From positions 75,953 to 139,952 of the forward strand of contig CBFGBH010000002.1 in the NCBI GenBank assembly GCA_965646995.1: a stretch of 64,000 bases of DNA, written 5' to 3'. The position numbers were made by a program, and so were the translations under genes. Below, piece after piece: positions 55,623 to 63,847 of the stretch. Source of the stretch: Candidatus Onthoplasma sp. GTDB taxonomy: Bacteria > Bacillota > Clostridia > Christensenellales > UBA1242. Positions within the stretch are counted from its first letter, which is position 1, and each line of letters starts with the position of its first letter. Under the pieces are notes generated by a model that searched no databases, had not been told where the DNA came from, and worked only from the letters and a program-made list of their open reading frames with translations.

Positions 55623-56810
55623 CTATTTAACAAGTTCCGCGGTATCCATTGCTATCATAAATTCTTCGTTAGTTGGAATACGATAGACTTTCACTTTGCT
55701 CTTCTTCGCACTTACTTCGATGATATTATCGAATGGTTTATGCAGTTTCTTATTTTTCTCTGCGTCAAAGTATAGACCTAGATACTCCATATCTTTACAC
55801 ACTGCTTCACGAACGACCTCGTCTTTCTCTCCTATTCCAGCTGTAAAGACGATAGCGTCCACACCATTCATAGCTGCTGCATATGCACCGATGTATTTCT
55901 TGATAGAATATACCATCATATCGAAAGCAAGTTTGGTCTTTCTATCACTGATATTGCTCTCTATGTCACGCATATCGCTATAGCCACAGATACCGAGCAG
56001 TCCGCTTTTCTTATTAAGTAGATTTAGTGTTTCATCTACAGAGAGTTTCTTGGCATTCATAACATCTTTGAATACACTTGGGTCCACATCTCCCGAGCGA
56101 GTACCCATCACTACTCCAGCTAGTGGAGTGTAACCCATAGAAGTATCGATTGAGATACCATCCTTAATAGCACATATACTGCTACCACCACCTAAGTGAC
56201 ATGAGATAATTCTCTTACCTTTAAGAGTTCCAAATAATTTCTCACACTGCAACGCAATATAACGATGAGATGTACCATGCGCACCATAGCGACGAATCTT
56301 ATTTTTTTCATATAATTCGTATGGTAGAGCGTACATATACGCCATATCTGGCATAGTAGAATGGAACGCGGTATCGAATACTGCGACATTCTTTACCTTA
56401 GGCATCAGCTCTAAACAAACCTCCATACCCAATATCGCAGGTGGGTTATGTAATGGAGCGAAACTGATATATTTCTTCAAATCCTCTAGTACTCTTTTAT
56501 TCACTATACAAGATTTATTATACTTCTCACCGAAATTGACGCATCTATGACCGATAGCGCCTATCTCTTTTAATGATTTGATTACGCCAATATTAGAATC
56601 TGTGAATGTATTTAAAATGAGCTGAAATGCTTCTTTATGTGTAGGCATGTCCTGCTCTATCACTCTCTTCTCACTCGTCTTATAGGTCATGAAACTCTTA
56701 CTTATGCCGATACGCTCGCAATATGCATTGCAAAAAATTTCTCCACTCTCAGTGTCCATTAACTGAGCCTTTAGGCTACTACTGCCTGAATTAACTACTA
56801 AAACTTTCAT
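55623..56810 (-). CDS. ackA: Acetate kinase
   Basis: MKVLVVNSGSSSLK N-terminus and typical ASKHA motifs. Confidence 0.95.
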   Translation of the reverse strand: MKVLVVNSGSSSLKAQLMDTESGEIFCNAYCERIGISKSFMTYKTSEKRVIEQDMPTHKEAFQLILNTFTDSNIGVIKSLKEIGAIGHRCVNFGEKYNKSCIVNKRVLEDLKKYISFAPLHNPPAILGMEVCLELMPKVKNVAVFDTAFHSTMPDMAYMYALPYELYEKNKIRRYGAHGTSHRYIALQCEKLFGTLKGKRIISCHLGGGSSICAIKDGISIDTSMGYTPLAGVVMGTRSGDVDPSVFKDVMNAKKLSVDETLNLLNKKSGLLGICGYSDMRDIESNISDRKTKLAFDMMVYSIKKYIGAYAAAMNGVDAIVFTAGIGEKDEVVREAVCKDMEYLGLYFDAEKNKKLHKPFDNIIEVSAKKSKVKVYRIPTNEEFMIAMDTAELVK

Positions 56811-56824
56811 ATTTTCTCCTTAAT

Positions 56825-57403
56825 TTAAAATTTAGTTATGTATTTATATAATACTTCTATCCACTCGTTTCGTGGATGCATAAGACCTTGGTCTGCTAGA
56901 GTTTTTACTTCAAAAATCGTCGTCCATTTGATATCTTCTACTTCATCTTTCTGTAATTCAAGGGAATCAATATCTAAATCACCTACATTATACACGAAGA
57001 AATCGTAGAATTGATTTTCGATAAATGTATCTGATAGTGAGATTTGATTTCTGAAACTGAACATAAAGCGGAAGTCCACCAATTTGACTTTTTTAGGGAG
57101 CATTGTGCCGACCTCTTCCATGACTTCTGCTGCTGCACACGATACGCTATCCTGTCCGGTAGGTAAATGTCCCGCTACGGACAAATCCCATAGACCCGGA
57201 AATTTCTCTTTTGTCTTAGCACGCTGTTGAATGAGTACTTTATTCTCATCGTTTATAAGTGCGACTATTATTGCCCTATGCCACAATCCCTTCCTATGTA
57301 CTTCTCCCCTAGTCTCTACTCTACCTGTGAATATTCCATTCTCGTTAAGCACATCAAGGAGTTCATTCTTTTGATTTTTCGTCTTATTCTGCTCTTCTGC
57401 CAT
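56825..57403 (-). CDS. NUDIX hydrolase (IDI-like/YfcD-like subfamily, non-canonical Nudix box)
   Basis: Nudix box GHLPTGQDSVSCAAAEVMEEVG. The E-x2-EE-x-G part is conserved, but positions 7 and 15 read Q and A. Confidence 0.8.
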   Translation of the reverse strand: MAEEQNKTKNQKNELLDVLNENGIFTGRVETRGEVHRKGLWHRAIIVALINDENKVLIQQRAKTKEKFPGLWDLSVAGHLPTGQDSVSCAAAEVMEEVGTMLPKKVKLVDFRFMFSFRNQISLSDTFIENQFYDFFVYNVGDLDIDSLELQKDEVEDIKWTTIFEVKTLADQGLMHPRNEWIEVLYKYITKF

Positions 57404-57460
57404 ATATTCTCCTACTTCTACTTTTCATTATATCATATATTTGAATATTTCACAAATAAA

Positions 57461-58420
57461 TTAAACCAAAAGTTTTGCTATGCAGACTGCATTGATTATC
57501 TCATCTACAGTACATCCTCGGCTAAGGTCATTGACCGGTTTATTGAAATTGAGCATAATTGGCCCGGTTGCGACATATTTACCTAAACGAGATACTAGTT
57601 TATAGCCTATATTTCCCGCATTTAAGTCAGGGAAGATAAGTACATTCGCCTGTCCACCCACACTGCTATTTATACCTTTTTTCTTCGCGACACACTCGTC
57701 TAGTGCTGAATCTACCTGCATTTCGCCATCTATTAAGTAGTGAGATTTTTTATTCGCTATCTCTGTTGCGAGACGAACTTTATCTACCATGTCATTCTTT
57801 GCACTTCCTTTGGTCGAATAACTAAGCATCGCAACTTTAGGCTCAATACATAATACTCGCTCGGTAAATTCAGCTGTAGATATGGCTATCTCGGCAAGTT
57901 CTTCACTCGTCGGATTCTCGATTAGAGAGACATCTGCGAATACTAACGGCTCGCACTTCTCTCTATACATTATCATTGCACCTGTCACTAAGGATTTATC
58001 TGGTTTGGCCTTGATAATCTGCAATGCAGGTCTTAGAGTATTCGCAGTCGACCAGACAGCACCTGCAACTATGCCATCGGCAAGTCCTAATTTCACTAAC
58101 ATGACAGCAAAATAGCTAGGATCTAAAATCAGTTTCTTCGCAACTTCTAGAGTCATTCCCTTATCTTTCCGAATTTCATATAGTGATTTGGCTAGATTAT
58201 CAATGTCTGGATAACTTGCTATATCAATAATTTGGCATCTGTCGCATCTGAATATATCTGAAAATTCGTCTGGTCTGCCGAATACTATTAGTTTAGCAAG
58301 ATTTTTCTTTACCATCTTTTTAGCGGCTTTATAAACTCTCTCATCTAGGTTTGCTTCGGGCAAAACTATAGTTGCATTAATGCCCTTCGCTCTATTCTCT
58401 ATTTGTTTTATGAGTTTCAT
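57461..58420 (-). CDS. pta: Phosphate acetyltransferase (short form)
   Basis: 319 aa with typical Pta C-domain sequence (IVLPE...D.RV..AA, GANVLIFPDLNAGNIGYK). Confidence 0.93.
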   Translation of the reverse strand: MKLIKQIENRAKGINATIVLPEANLDERVYKAAKKMVKKNLAKLIVFGRPDEFSDIFRCDRCQIIDIASYPDIDNLAKSLYEIRKDKGMTLEVAKKLILDPSYFAVMLVKLGLADGIVAGAVWSTANTLRPALQIIKAKPDKSLVTGAMIMYREKCEPLVFADVSLIENPTSEELAEIAISTAEFTERVLCIEPKVAMLSYSTKGSAKNDMVDKVRLATEIANKKSHYLIDGEMQVDSALDECVAKKKGINSSVGGQANVLIFPDLNAGNIGYKLVSRLGKYVATGPIMLNFNKPVNDLSRGCTVDEIINAVCIAKLLV

Positions 58421-59231
58421 TTATTTCTCCTTTGAGTAACTTTTTGATACTATTAATCTGTGCATTAGTTGCATTTTCGCCATTCTTAATAGCTGTATAA
58501 GTAGTTTTATTCGAATAATCAAGCTGTCCTATCTCTTGCTGAGTGATGACTAGGCGTAAATCAGCTAAAACTGGTTTTCGTCTGACCATCTCCTGCGTCA
58601 TTAGCGCAATCGAATTGATAGCGGTCTCTATGGTCTTCATCTTATGCTCGCCCAACTGTTTAGCATAATCGCCAATAACGTCTACAGAGACTATCACAGC
58701 ATCTGGCATGACCTCACGTGCAACATCTTCTGGTAAATTATTGACAAGTCCGCCGTCTACATAATAATTGTCTCCCAACTTCACTCTCGGGAACACCACA
58801 GGTACAGAAATACTGGCTAGAATAGCGTCTCGCAGTAACCCTTCGCTGAAATGTACTTCCTTACCTGTATTCAGCTCGGTCGCTACGGATATAAATTTGA
58901 TTGGACAATTCTCTTGCTTGGTATCGCCCAATATATCTTTTAAAATTCGTTTGATTTTATTAATATTCAGTAAACTATCTTTAAACATAGTAGAATATAG
59001 ATCAAACGAGCCAAGTTTATTGATACTAAGTGCTAATTTCTCTATCTCTTCTATGGGTTGACCAGAAGCATACACTCCACCTATCAACGCACCCATGGAA
59101 GTACCAACTATCAAATCAGGCTTGATACCGTTCGCCTCAAGCACTTTGATGACACCAATATGTGCAAAACCCTTAGACGAGCCTCCGCTCAAAACTAAGG
59201 CTAATTTTTTTTTAGCAGTAAAATTTTTCAT
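58392..59231 (-). CDS. Patatin-like phospholipase
   Basis: Trimmed to MKNFTAKKKLALVLSGGSSKGFAHIG (RBS GAGGGG). GTSMG nucleophile elbow and DGG motif. The tracked ORF extends 177 codons upstream, with no support. Confidence 0.85.
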   Translation of the reverse strand: MKNFTAKKKLALVLSGGSSKGFAHIGVIKVLEANGIKPDLIVGTSMGALIGGVYASGQPIEEIEKLALSINKLGSFDLYSTMFKDSLLNINKIKRILKDILGDTKQENCPIKFISVATELNTGKEVHFSEGLLRDAILASISVPVVFPRVKLGDNYYVDGGLVNNLPEDVAREVMPDAVIVSVDVIGDYAKQLGEHKMKTIETAINSIALMTQEMVRRKPVLADLRLVITQQEIGQLDYSNKTTYTAIKNGENATNAQINSIKKLLKGEINETHKTNRE

Positions 59232-59262
59232 AAACCCCTCTATTTTTCTGTATATATTATAT

Positions 59263-60255
59263 ATGAATGTAAAATTAAAATCAAATAAACGAAAGACCAT
59301 ATCAAGACAATTAATTATTTTGCTATTATTGGCAATGTGTGTAATTTTTATAACTAATCCCAGTCTATATTCCAAGTCTTGTCTTAACGCTATTTCTATA
59401 TGGGCTATCAATGTGCTACCTTTTTTATTTCCATTCTTTATATTCACTAGATTGATTGTTAATTTATCCAGTCTTAAAGTGAGTTTTGCGGACAAGTTCT
59501 TTAATAAATTGTATAACACAAATTCTCCTAGTTTTATGACATTTTTCTTATCTGTATTATCAGGATATCCTATGGGTGCAAAACTCATTTGTTCGCTATA
59601 TGAATCAAATCGAATAGATAAAAATGAAGCTAATAAACTACTCTCCTTTACATCTATCAGTGGACCTATGTTTATAATTGGCACTGTGGGTATTGCTTTT
59701 CTAAAATCATTTAATGCAGGAGTAATAATATTAATCGCAAATATCATCGCAAGTCTTATCAACGGAATGATTTATCGCGGTAAACGGATTGAAAGAAAAA
59801 ATTTTGAATACGTATCACAAGAAAAAAGCAATGTTCTATCTGATAGCGTATACGACTCTCTCATCTCTATATTAATGGTGGGAGCCTACATTGTTCTGAG
59901 CTTTCTAATCATTGATGTACTAAAAAATATCGGTTTCATCAATCTAGCAAGCACTGCTATATGTGGTGTATTTAATTTTAAAATAAACCAAAATATAGTC
60001 GAGTCAGTACTCATAGGGTCTATAGAGATGACACGAGGAATACTAATATTAGGTAATATCAACTGTACTCTCGCGCTTAAGACTATCATCTCTAGTGGAC
60101 TGATTGGTTTCGGTGGAATGAGTATATTAATGCAGTCAATATCTTTCTTAACTAAGCTAAATATTCCAATTAAAAATATGCTAATTCAAAAATGTACTCA
60201 AGCCATTCTTTGTATAATTGTCACAATAGTGCTTGTTCTAATTTTTAAAATATAA
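59263..60255 (+). CDS. Polytopic membrane protein, YlbJ-like (nucleoside-recognition/Gate-domain type)
   Basis: Trimmed to MNVKLKSNKRK. The tracked upstream part is antisense to the patatin gene. Multiple TM helices. The family call rests on overall resemblance only. Confidence 0.6.
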   Translation: MNVKLKSNKRKTISRQLIILLLLAMCVIFITNPSLYSKSCLNAISIWAINVLPFLFPFFIFTRLIVNLSSLKVSFADKFFNKLYNTNSPSFMTFFLSVLSGYPMGAKLICSLYESNRIDKNEANKLLSFTSISGPMFIIGTVGIAFLKSFNAGVIILIANIIASLINGMIYRGKRIERKNFEYVSQEKSNVLSDSVYDSLISILMVGAYIVLSFLIIDVLKNIGFINLASTAICGVFNFKINQNIVESVLIGSIEMTRGILILGNINCTLALKTIISSGLIGFGGMSILMQSISFLTKLNIPIKNMLIQKCTQAILCIIVTIVLVLIFKI

Positions 60256-60269
60256 CTACATAAATTTAT

Positions 60270-60298
60270 TTGACAATACTATCTATATTTTATAAAAT
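60270..60298 (+). promoter_or_regulatory. Promoter of the 60315 membrane-protein gene
   Basis: -35 TTGACA, 17-nt spacer, -10 TAAAAT. RBS GAGG follows. Confidence 0.65.
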
Positions 60299-60314
60299 AT
60301 AGGTAGAGGTTAAA

Positions 60315-60860
60315 ATGAGAGCAAAAAAATTTGAATATCATCATAAAGATATACCCGTGCTAAAAAGAGATATAGCTATGCGTATCACATTCACGATTAT
60401 ATTCTTCGCTATATTTATTTGGCAGTTTATTTCATTGTTGGTGACATATACTTACGATACTCTTACTACCCCTATGATTTTAGCTAGTGCGATAGTCATG
60501 GTCAGTATGCTCACTATGTGTGCTATATCGTTCTCATACGCTTTCAAAAGTGTGAATATTATTTCTGATGTCAAGAGGCGTGGTCGTGCTGTGCGTTCAG
60601 TTTCTCTCATGTTCGGCATTAAGAAAAATAGTTTCGTTAAGATCTACTCTATACTCACTCAATTAATTGCTCTAGTCATGGTAGTGCTTATGACTTCAGC
60701 TATCACTTACTCTATTCTACAATACATCTACTACTCTACTATGTCTTATTATATTCCTATATTGGTAGCGATATCTATATGCGGATTCAATAGCGTATAT
60801 CATATATCTTTTGAAATAGAGCGAATTAAGACTGTCGAATTATTCAATGCGATATATTAA
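60315..60860 (+). CDS. Hypothetical membrane protein (181 aa, 4 predicted TM helices)
   Basis: Four long hydrophobic segments. Own promoter, RBS and terminator. Confidence 0.6.
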   Translation: MRAKKFEYHHKDIPVLKRDIAMRITFTIIFFAIFIWQFISLLVTYTYDTLTTPMILASAIVMVSMLTMCAISFSYAFKSVNIISDVKRRGRAVRSVSLMFGIKKNSFVKIYSILTQLIALVMVVLMTSAITYSILQYIYYSTMSYYIPILVAISICGFNSVYHISFEIERIKTVELFNAIY

Positions 60861-60891
60861 ACATAATACTTTAAATTTATTATATAAAAAT

Positions 60892-60921
60892 AACTCTATC
60901 AATAATAGAGTTTATTTTTTT
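60892..60921 (+). terminator. Terminator after the 60315 gene
   Basis: Stem AACUCUAU / AUAGAGUU, 5-nt loop, U-run. Confidence 0.75.
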
Positions 60922-61170
60922 ATTATTTTCTTAAAAAAATTCTTTATCTATTTAAATCAATTTATAGTAAATACTTTTGAGTTTAACTCACTTTTTTATT
61001 TAATATATATTATTTAATATATCTTCAAGCTTTTCAATATACTCATAAGTATATAGGTCATACTCAAAAAGGCTTCTATTTCTTCACACTCTGGGTCTTA
61101 GGCAAGTGTACAAAATGTTTCAAGAGGCGTAGAATAATTTTCAATAAATGATTTAGAATACATCATATCA

Positions 61171-61707
61171 TTAATTATCAATAATCTTGCTATATACATA
61201 TTCGTACACATTGGCAGCAAGTTCACGCCAGCGTTTGCATGCTACTGTAGCATTGTGTCTCGTGTCTGTCTTGAGTGTCAAGGTAAAAATTGATTCCGTA
61301 GTTAATGGCTCTAAAATCTTTAAGTCTACGGTGTAACTACCGTCTTCATTTTTATAGGATTTTGCAATGTACTCTTGGTTGCGTTTAAACTGCATTTTAT
61401 TAGCTTGCGCAAATTCAGCTATCTTGTCTCTTAGACTTGCCGGAATACGAGTATAGAACTGAGATAGACATTCGCGCCCTGCCACTGTAATATTATAGCG
61501 ATTCTCATTATTGTCAGTATTAGGCTTGTAGATGAATTTCGATGTTATGAGCTGAGACAACAAATCTTTACAATCCATCCAATTAACCCAATTATTTTGA
61601 CTCGAACATATCTCTAAGATAGAATTTTCAGTTAAAGGTATCTCCATCTTATCTAGAACATATAGTAAAATCAATTTATTGACTGTATTATCCGGTACAA
61701 AATCCAT
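61171..61707 (-). CDS. DUF4364-like winged-helix protein
   Basis: Trimmed to MDFVPDNTVNKLILLYVL (RBS AGGGTGG). Sequence and ~178-aa length resemble the Clostridia DUF4364 family, judged from memory. Confidence 0.65.
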   Translation of the reverse strand: MDFVPDNTVNKLILLYVLDKMEIPLTENSILEICSSQNNWVNWMDCKDLLSQLITSKFIYKPNTDNNENRYNITVAGRECLSQFYTRIPASLRDKIAEFAQANKMQFKRNQEYIAKSYKNEDGSYTVDLKILEPLTTESIFTLTLKTDTRHNATVACKRWRELAANVYEYVYSKIIDN

Positions 61708-61781
61708 ATTACCACCCTTTTCTACACTATTATACATAATTATAAATAAAAAAACAACTTTTTAAATTAGTATTCAATTTC

Positions 61782-61810
61782 TTGCATTGATTTTTTTATC
61801 GTGCTATAAT
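61782..61810 (+). promoter_or_regulatory. Promoter of the 61829 orphan gene
   Basis: -35 TTGCAT, 17-nt spacer, TGC-TATAAT. RBS AAGGAG follows. Confidence 0.7.
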
Positions 61811-61828
61811 GAGAAAAAGGAGTGAACA

Positions 61829-62518
61829 ATGTCCCAAATATCAGAATTATTACCATTCAATACCGCTTGTGATGAATTTGTCGCAGGGAGATACATATTA
61901 GCTGACTTAAAAATTTCATCTATACTTAAAATAATCGCAGGAGATGAAAAATTAAAAGATATCATCTCGTCATGTTTGGAGTCATACGACTTTAAAGTTA
62001 AATTTTCACAAGCTGTAATGGAGGACGATAATAAATATACGCTTACTGCGCCTAAAGAAGATAGAGAGATTATCGCTTTCGTTTTCAGTCTACTCTATCG
62101 CTTTGATAATAAACAGATGGATTTCTATGAATTTTTAGCTAGGTACTATAAAAATCCTACTGAAGTAGCCGGCAAAGAATTTTATAATTTTGCTAATGCA
62201 CTAATTATCCCATTCAAAAACGCTATCAATACTATCTACTCTAAGCGCCATGTAATAGTAGAAGCCGATGATTATCAAAAAAATTATTATAATAGAATAA
62301 TGACTACCGTTCGCCTAATAGCCAAGAATGCAGACAACTATAAACTAAAAATAAGTGAAAAAGAAGAATTCACGATGTTACTCAATTCTCTCTACCTATC
62401 CAGCGAAAAGAATGATAAAAAACTCGTCTACTCGCTAATGATAGCACTCGACTACTTCACTCGTGTAAACAAAAAGGCACGAAATGCTTATTTGACTTTA
62501 GAAGAATGTTTTGAATAA
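61829..62518 (+). CDS. Hypothetical protein (229 aa, helical)
   Basis: Consensus promoter, RBS and shared terminator. Divergent from the DUF4364-like gene. Confidence 0.65.
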   Translation: MSQISELLPFNTACDEFVAGRYILADLKISSILKIIAGDEKLKDIISSCLESYDFKVKFSQAVMEDDNKYTLTAPKEDREIIAFVFSLLYRFDNKQMDFYEFLARYYKNPTEVAGKEFYNFANALIIPFKNAINTIYSKRHVIVEADDYQKNYYNRIMTTVRLIAKNADNYKLKISEKEEFTMLLNSLYLSSEKNDKKLVYSLMIALDYFTRVNKKARNAYLTLEECFE

Positions 62519-62550
62519 AAAAATGGACTAGATTTCTAGTCCATTTTTTA
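62517..62550. terminator. Bidirectional terminator shared by convergent genes 61829 and 62528
   Basis: Stem ATGGACTA / TAGTCCAT, 6-nt loop, A-run before and T-run after. The stem overlaps the last codons of the minus-strand gene. Confidence 0.75.
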
Positions 62551-63136
62551 TCAATTCATTAGCATTAAATACTTTAATTTTATTATAATCTTCATCCAAT
62601 ATTTGTGATAAATCATCGGCTCGTTTAGATTTATGCGTAATCAATCTATCCTCTTCTTTCAGCATCTTACATATATATATTTGTTCTATAATGGCATTTA
62701 TATTCTCACGATTTAATATGCTGTTCTCTAAATTTATCATTTTATCAATAATTACCTTTAATGGTATGATGTGATCATCATGAAAAACATCATTATAAGT
62801 AAATGTACTCCCTACTTTTATACTTAGTGACTCTAATTCTGGAGTTTTCCTATTACCAATATAATGTGGTAAATTTTCTTCACTTTTGCATTTTACTCTG
62901 TCACGATAATTTTTTTCTAAAATATTATCATCTGTGATTTTATTCCATAGATTTAAAGCTCGCTCTGACACAAAAATATGACTTACTGGCAATTTTAATT
63001 GCCTCAGCATTTGATTAAGTATATATTTATGACCACCCATCCAATAATCTTCATTTTGATTATATTCTTGAGATAAACTTTCTTTATAATCTTTTAATAA
63101 AAATATAATATAATTTGAGACTTCCTCACTTATCAT
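62528..63136 (-). CDS. Hypothetical protein (202 aa) with a possible His-Me-finger/DUF1524-like motif
   Basis: RBS AAGGAG. The FHDDHIIPL segment resembles the (D/E)H-I-x-P motif of HNH/DUF1524 nucleases. This is weak, motif-level evidence only. Confidence 0.6.
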   Translation of the reverse strand: MISEEVSNYIIFLLKDYKESLSQEYNQNEDYWMGGHKYILNQMLRQLKLPVSHIFVSERALNLWNKITDDNILEKNYRDRVKCKSEENLPHYIGNRKTPELESLSIKVGSTFTYNDVFHDDHIIPLKVIIDKMINLENSILNRENINAIIEQIYICKMLKEEDRLITHKSKRADDLSQILDEDYNKIKVFNANELIKNGLEI

Positions 63137-63198
63137 ATAAAGCTCCTTTGTCTTATTGAACTTAAAACATAATTATAAAATTATTGACACTTGATATA

Positions 63199-63224
63199 AT
63201 AAAAATCGAGCAGTATTGCTCGGT
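63199..63224 (-). terminator. Terminator after the tRNA-Cys/tRNA-Leu pair
   Basis: Stem CGAGCA / UGCUCG, 4-nt loop, U-run. Confidence 0.75.
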
Positions 63225-63311
63225 TTTGGTGCCGGTGGTCGGGGTCGAACCGACACGTCCTCAACGGACCCAGGATTTTAAGTCCTGTGCGTCTGCCATT
63301 TCGCCACACCG
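63225..63311 (-). tRNA. tRNA-Leu (anticodon UAA), CCA encoded
   Basis: Hand-folded cloverleaf: acceptor GCCGGTG/CACCGGC, anticodon stem CAGGA/TCCTG with loop CTTAAAA, long variable arm GTCC-GTTGA-GGAC, T arm GTCGG-TTCGACC-CCGAC, discriminator A. Confidence 0.95.
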
Positions 63312-63312
63312 G

Positions 63313-63386
63313 CATGGAGGCACCAACCAGATTTGAACTGGTGATGAAGGTGTTGCAGACCTTTGCCTTACCACTTGGCGATGGTG
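63313..63386 (-). tRNA. tRNA-Cys (anticodon GCA), CCA encoded
   Basis: Hand-folded cloverleaf: acceptor GGCACCA/TGGTGCC, anticodon stem AAGGT/ACCTT with loop CTGCAAC, T arm ACCAG-TTCAAAT-CTGGT, discriminator U. Confidence 0.95.
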
Positions 63387-63438
63387 CCTTACTTTTCCAC
63401 TAATGCCAAATTACTATTGCAATATCAGTCAGCATTTA

Positions 63439-63467
63439 TATTATATATGATAAAAATAAAAAATGCA
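63439..63467 (-). promoter_or_regulatory. Promoter of the tRNA-Cys/tRNA-Leu unit
   Basis: -35 TTGCAT (63467..63462), 17-nt spacer, -10 TATAAT (63444..63439). Confidence 0.7.
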
Positions 63468-63559
63468 ACATATTTATTAAAAAATATTTATAAAACATTC
63501 TAAAATTAATAATGTCAATAAAACTAAATTACTTTATCTTACAATATTATGTACAATAA

Positions 63560-63584
63560 AATAAAAATAGGGTCAATACCCTAT
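63560..63584 (-). terminator. Terminator after the Cys-rich small ORF
   Basis: Stem AUAGGGU / ACCCUAU, 4-nt loop, U-run. Confidence 0.7.
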
Positions 63585-63586
63585 CT

Positions 63587-63847
63587 CTATTTAATAGTTT
63601 TAGTTGATTTTGTGCTAGTAGATTTACTAGTGCATGCTTTGGTATTTGATTGACACTTGCAACCTTTCGAACTTGATTTGCCTGCGCAACCTTTAGTATG
63701 GCAATCAGAAACACCATTAGTTCTGGAATTATTAGAACAAGACTTAACATTACTGCAATCAGTTACATGTGCTTGCTCTTGATGAGAATCTGTCGTATTC
63801 TGAACATTAGTCGTGTTATTCTCCTTCCTTCTTTTAAAACCAAACAT
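63587..63847 (-). CDS. Small Cys/Ser/Thr/Lys-rich protein (86 aa, 7 Cys)
   Basis: Strong RBS AAGGAG 7 nt from the ATG, terminator right after the stop. C-terminal half reads DCSNVKSCSNNSRTNGVSDCHTKGCAGKSSSKGCKCQSNTKACTSKSTSTKSTKTIK. Confidence 0.6.
   Translation of the reverse strand: MFGFKRRKENNTTNVQNTTDSHQEQAHVTDCSNVKSCSNNSRTNGVSDCHTKGCAGKSSSKGCKCQSNTKACTSKSTSTKSTKTIK

Noticed and set aside
59232-59762. N-terminal 177-codon extension of the patatin ORF, and the 56-codon extension of the YlbJ-like ORF (59095..59262)
   Set aside because: Each extension is antisense to the other gene's well-supported coding region. The internal Mets have an RBS (patatin) or match the family N-terminus, so the extensions are open-frame artefacts.
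60990-61170. Small interrupted ORF downstream of the DUF4364-like gene (MMYSKSFIENYSTPLETFCTLA*DPECEEIEAFLSMTYILMSILKSLKIY*)
   Set aside because: It has no RBS and only 22 plus 29 codons around one stop, with nothing recognisable. It may be a gene remnant, but the evidence is too thin to annotate.
60861-63224. Genomic island integrated at the tRNA-Leu/tRNA-Cys locus
   Set aside because: I saw no integrase, no transposase and no direct repeat of the tRNA 3' end. The composition looks like the rest of the window. I keep it only as a patch of accessory-looking genes.
63547-63750. Alternative-frame 67-aa ORF overlapping the Cys-rich ORF
   Set aside because: It has no RBS and a hydrophobic, low-information translation. 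The 63587..63847 frame has the strong AAGGAG RBS and ends right at the terminator.
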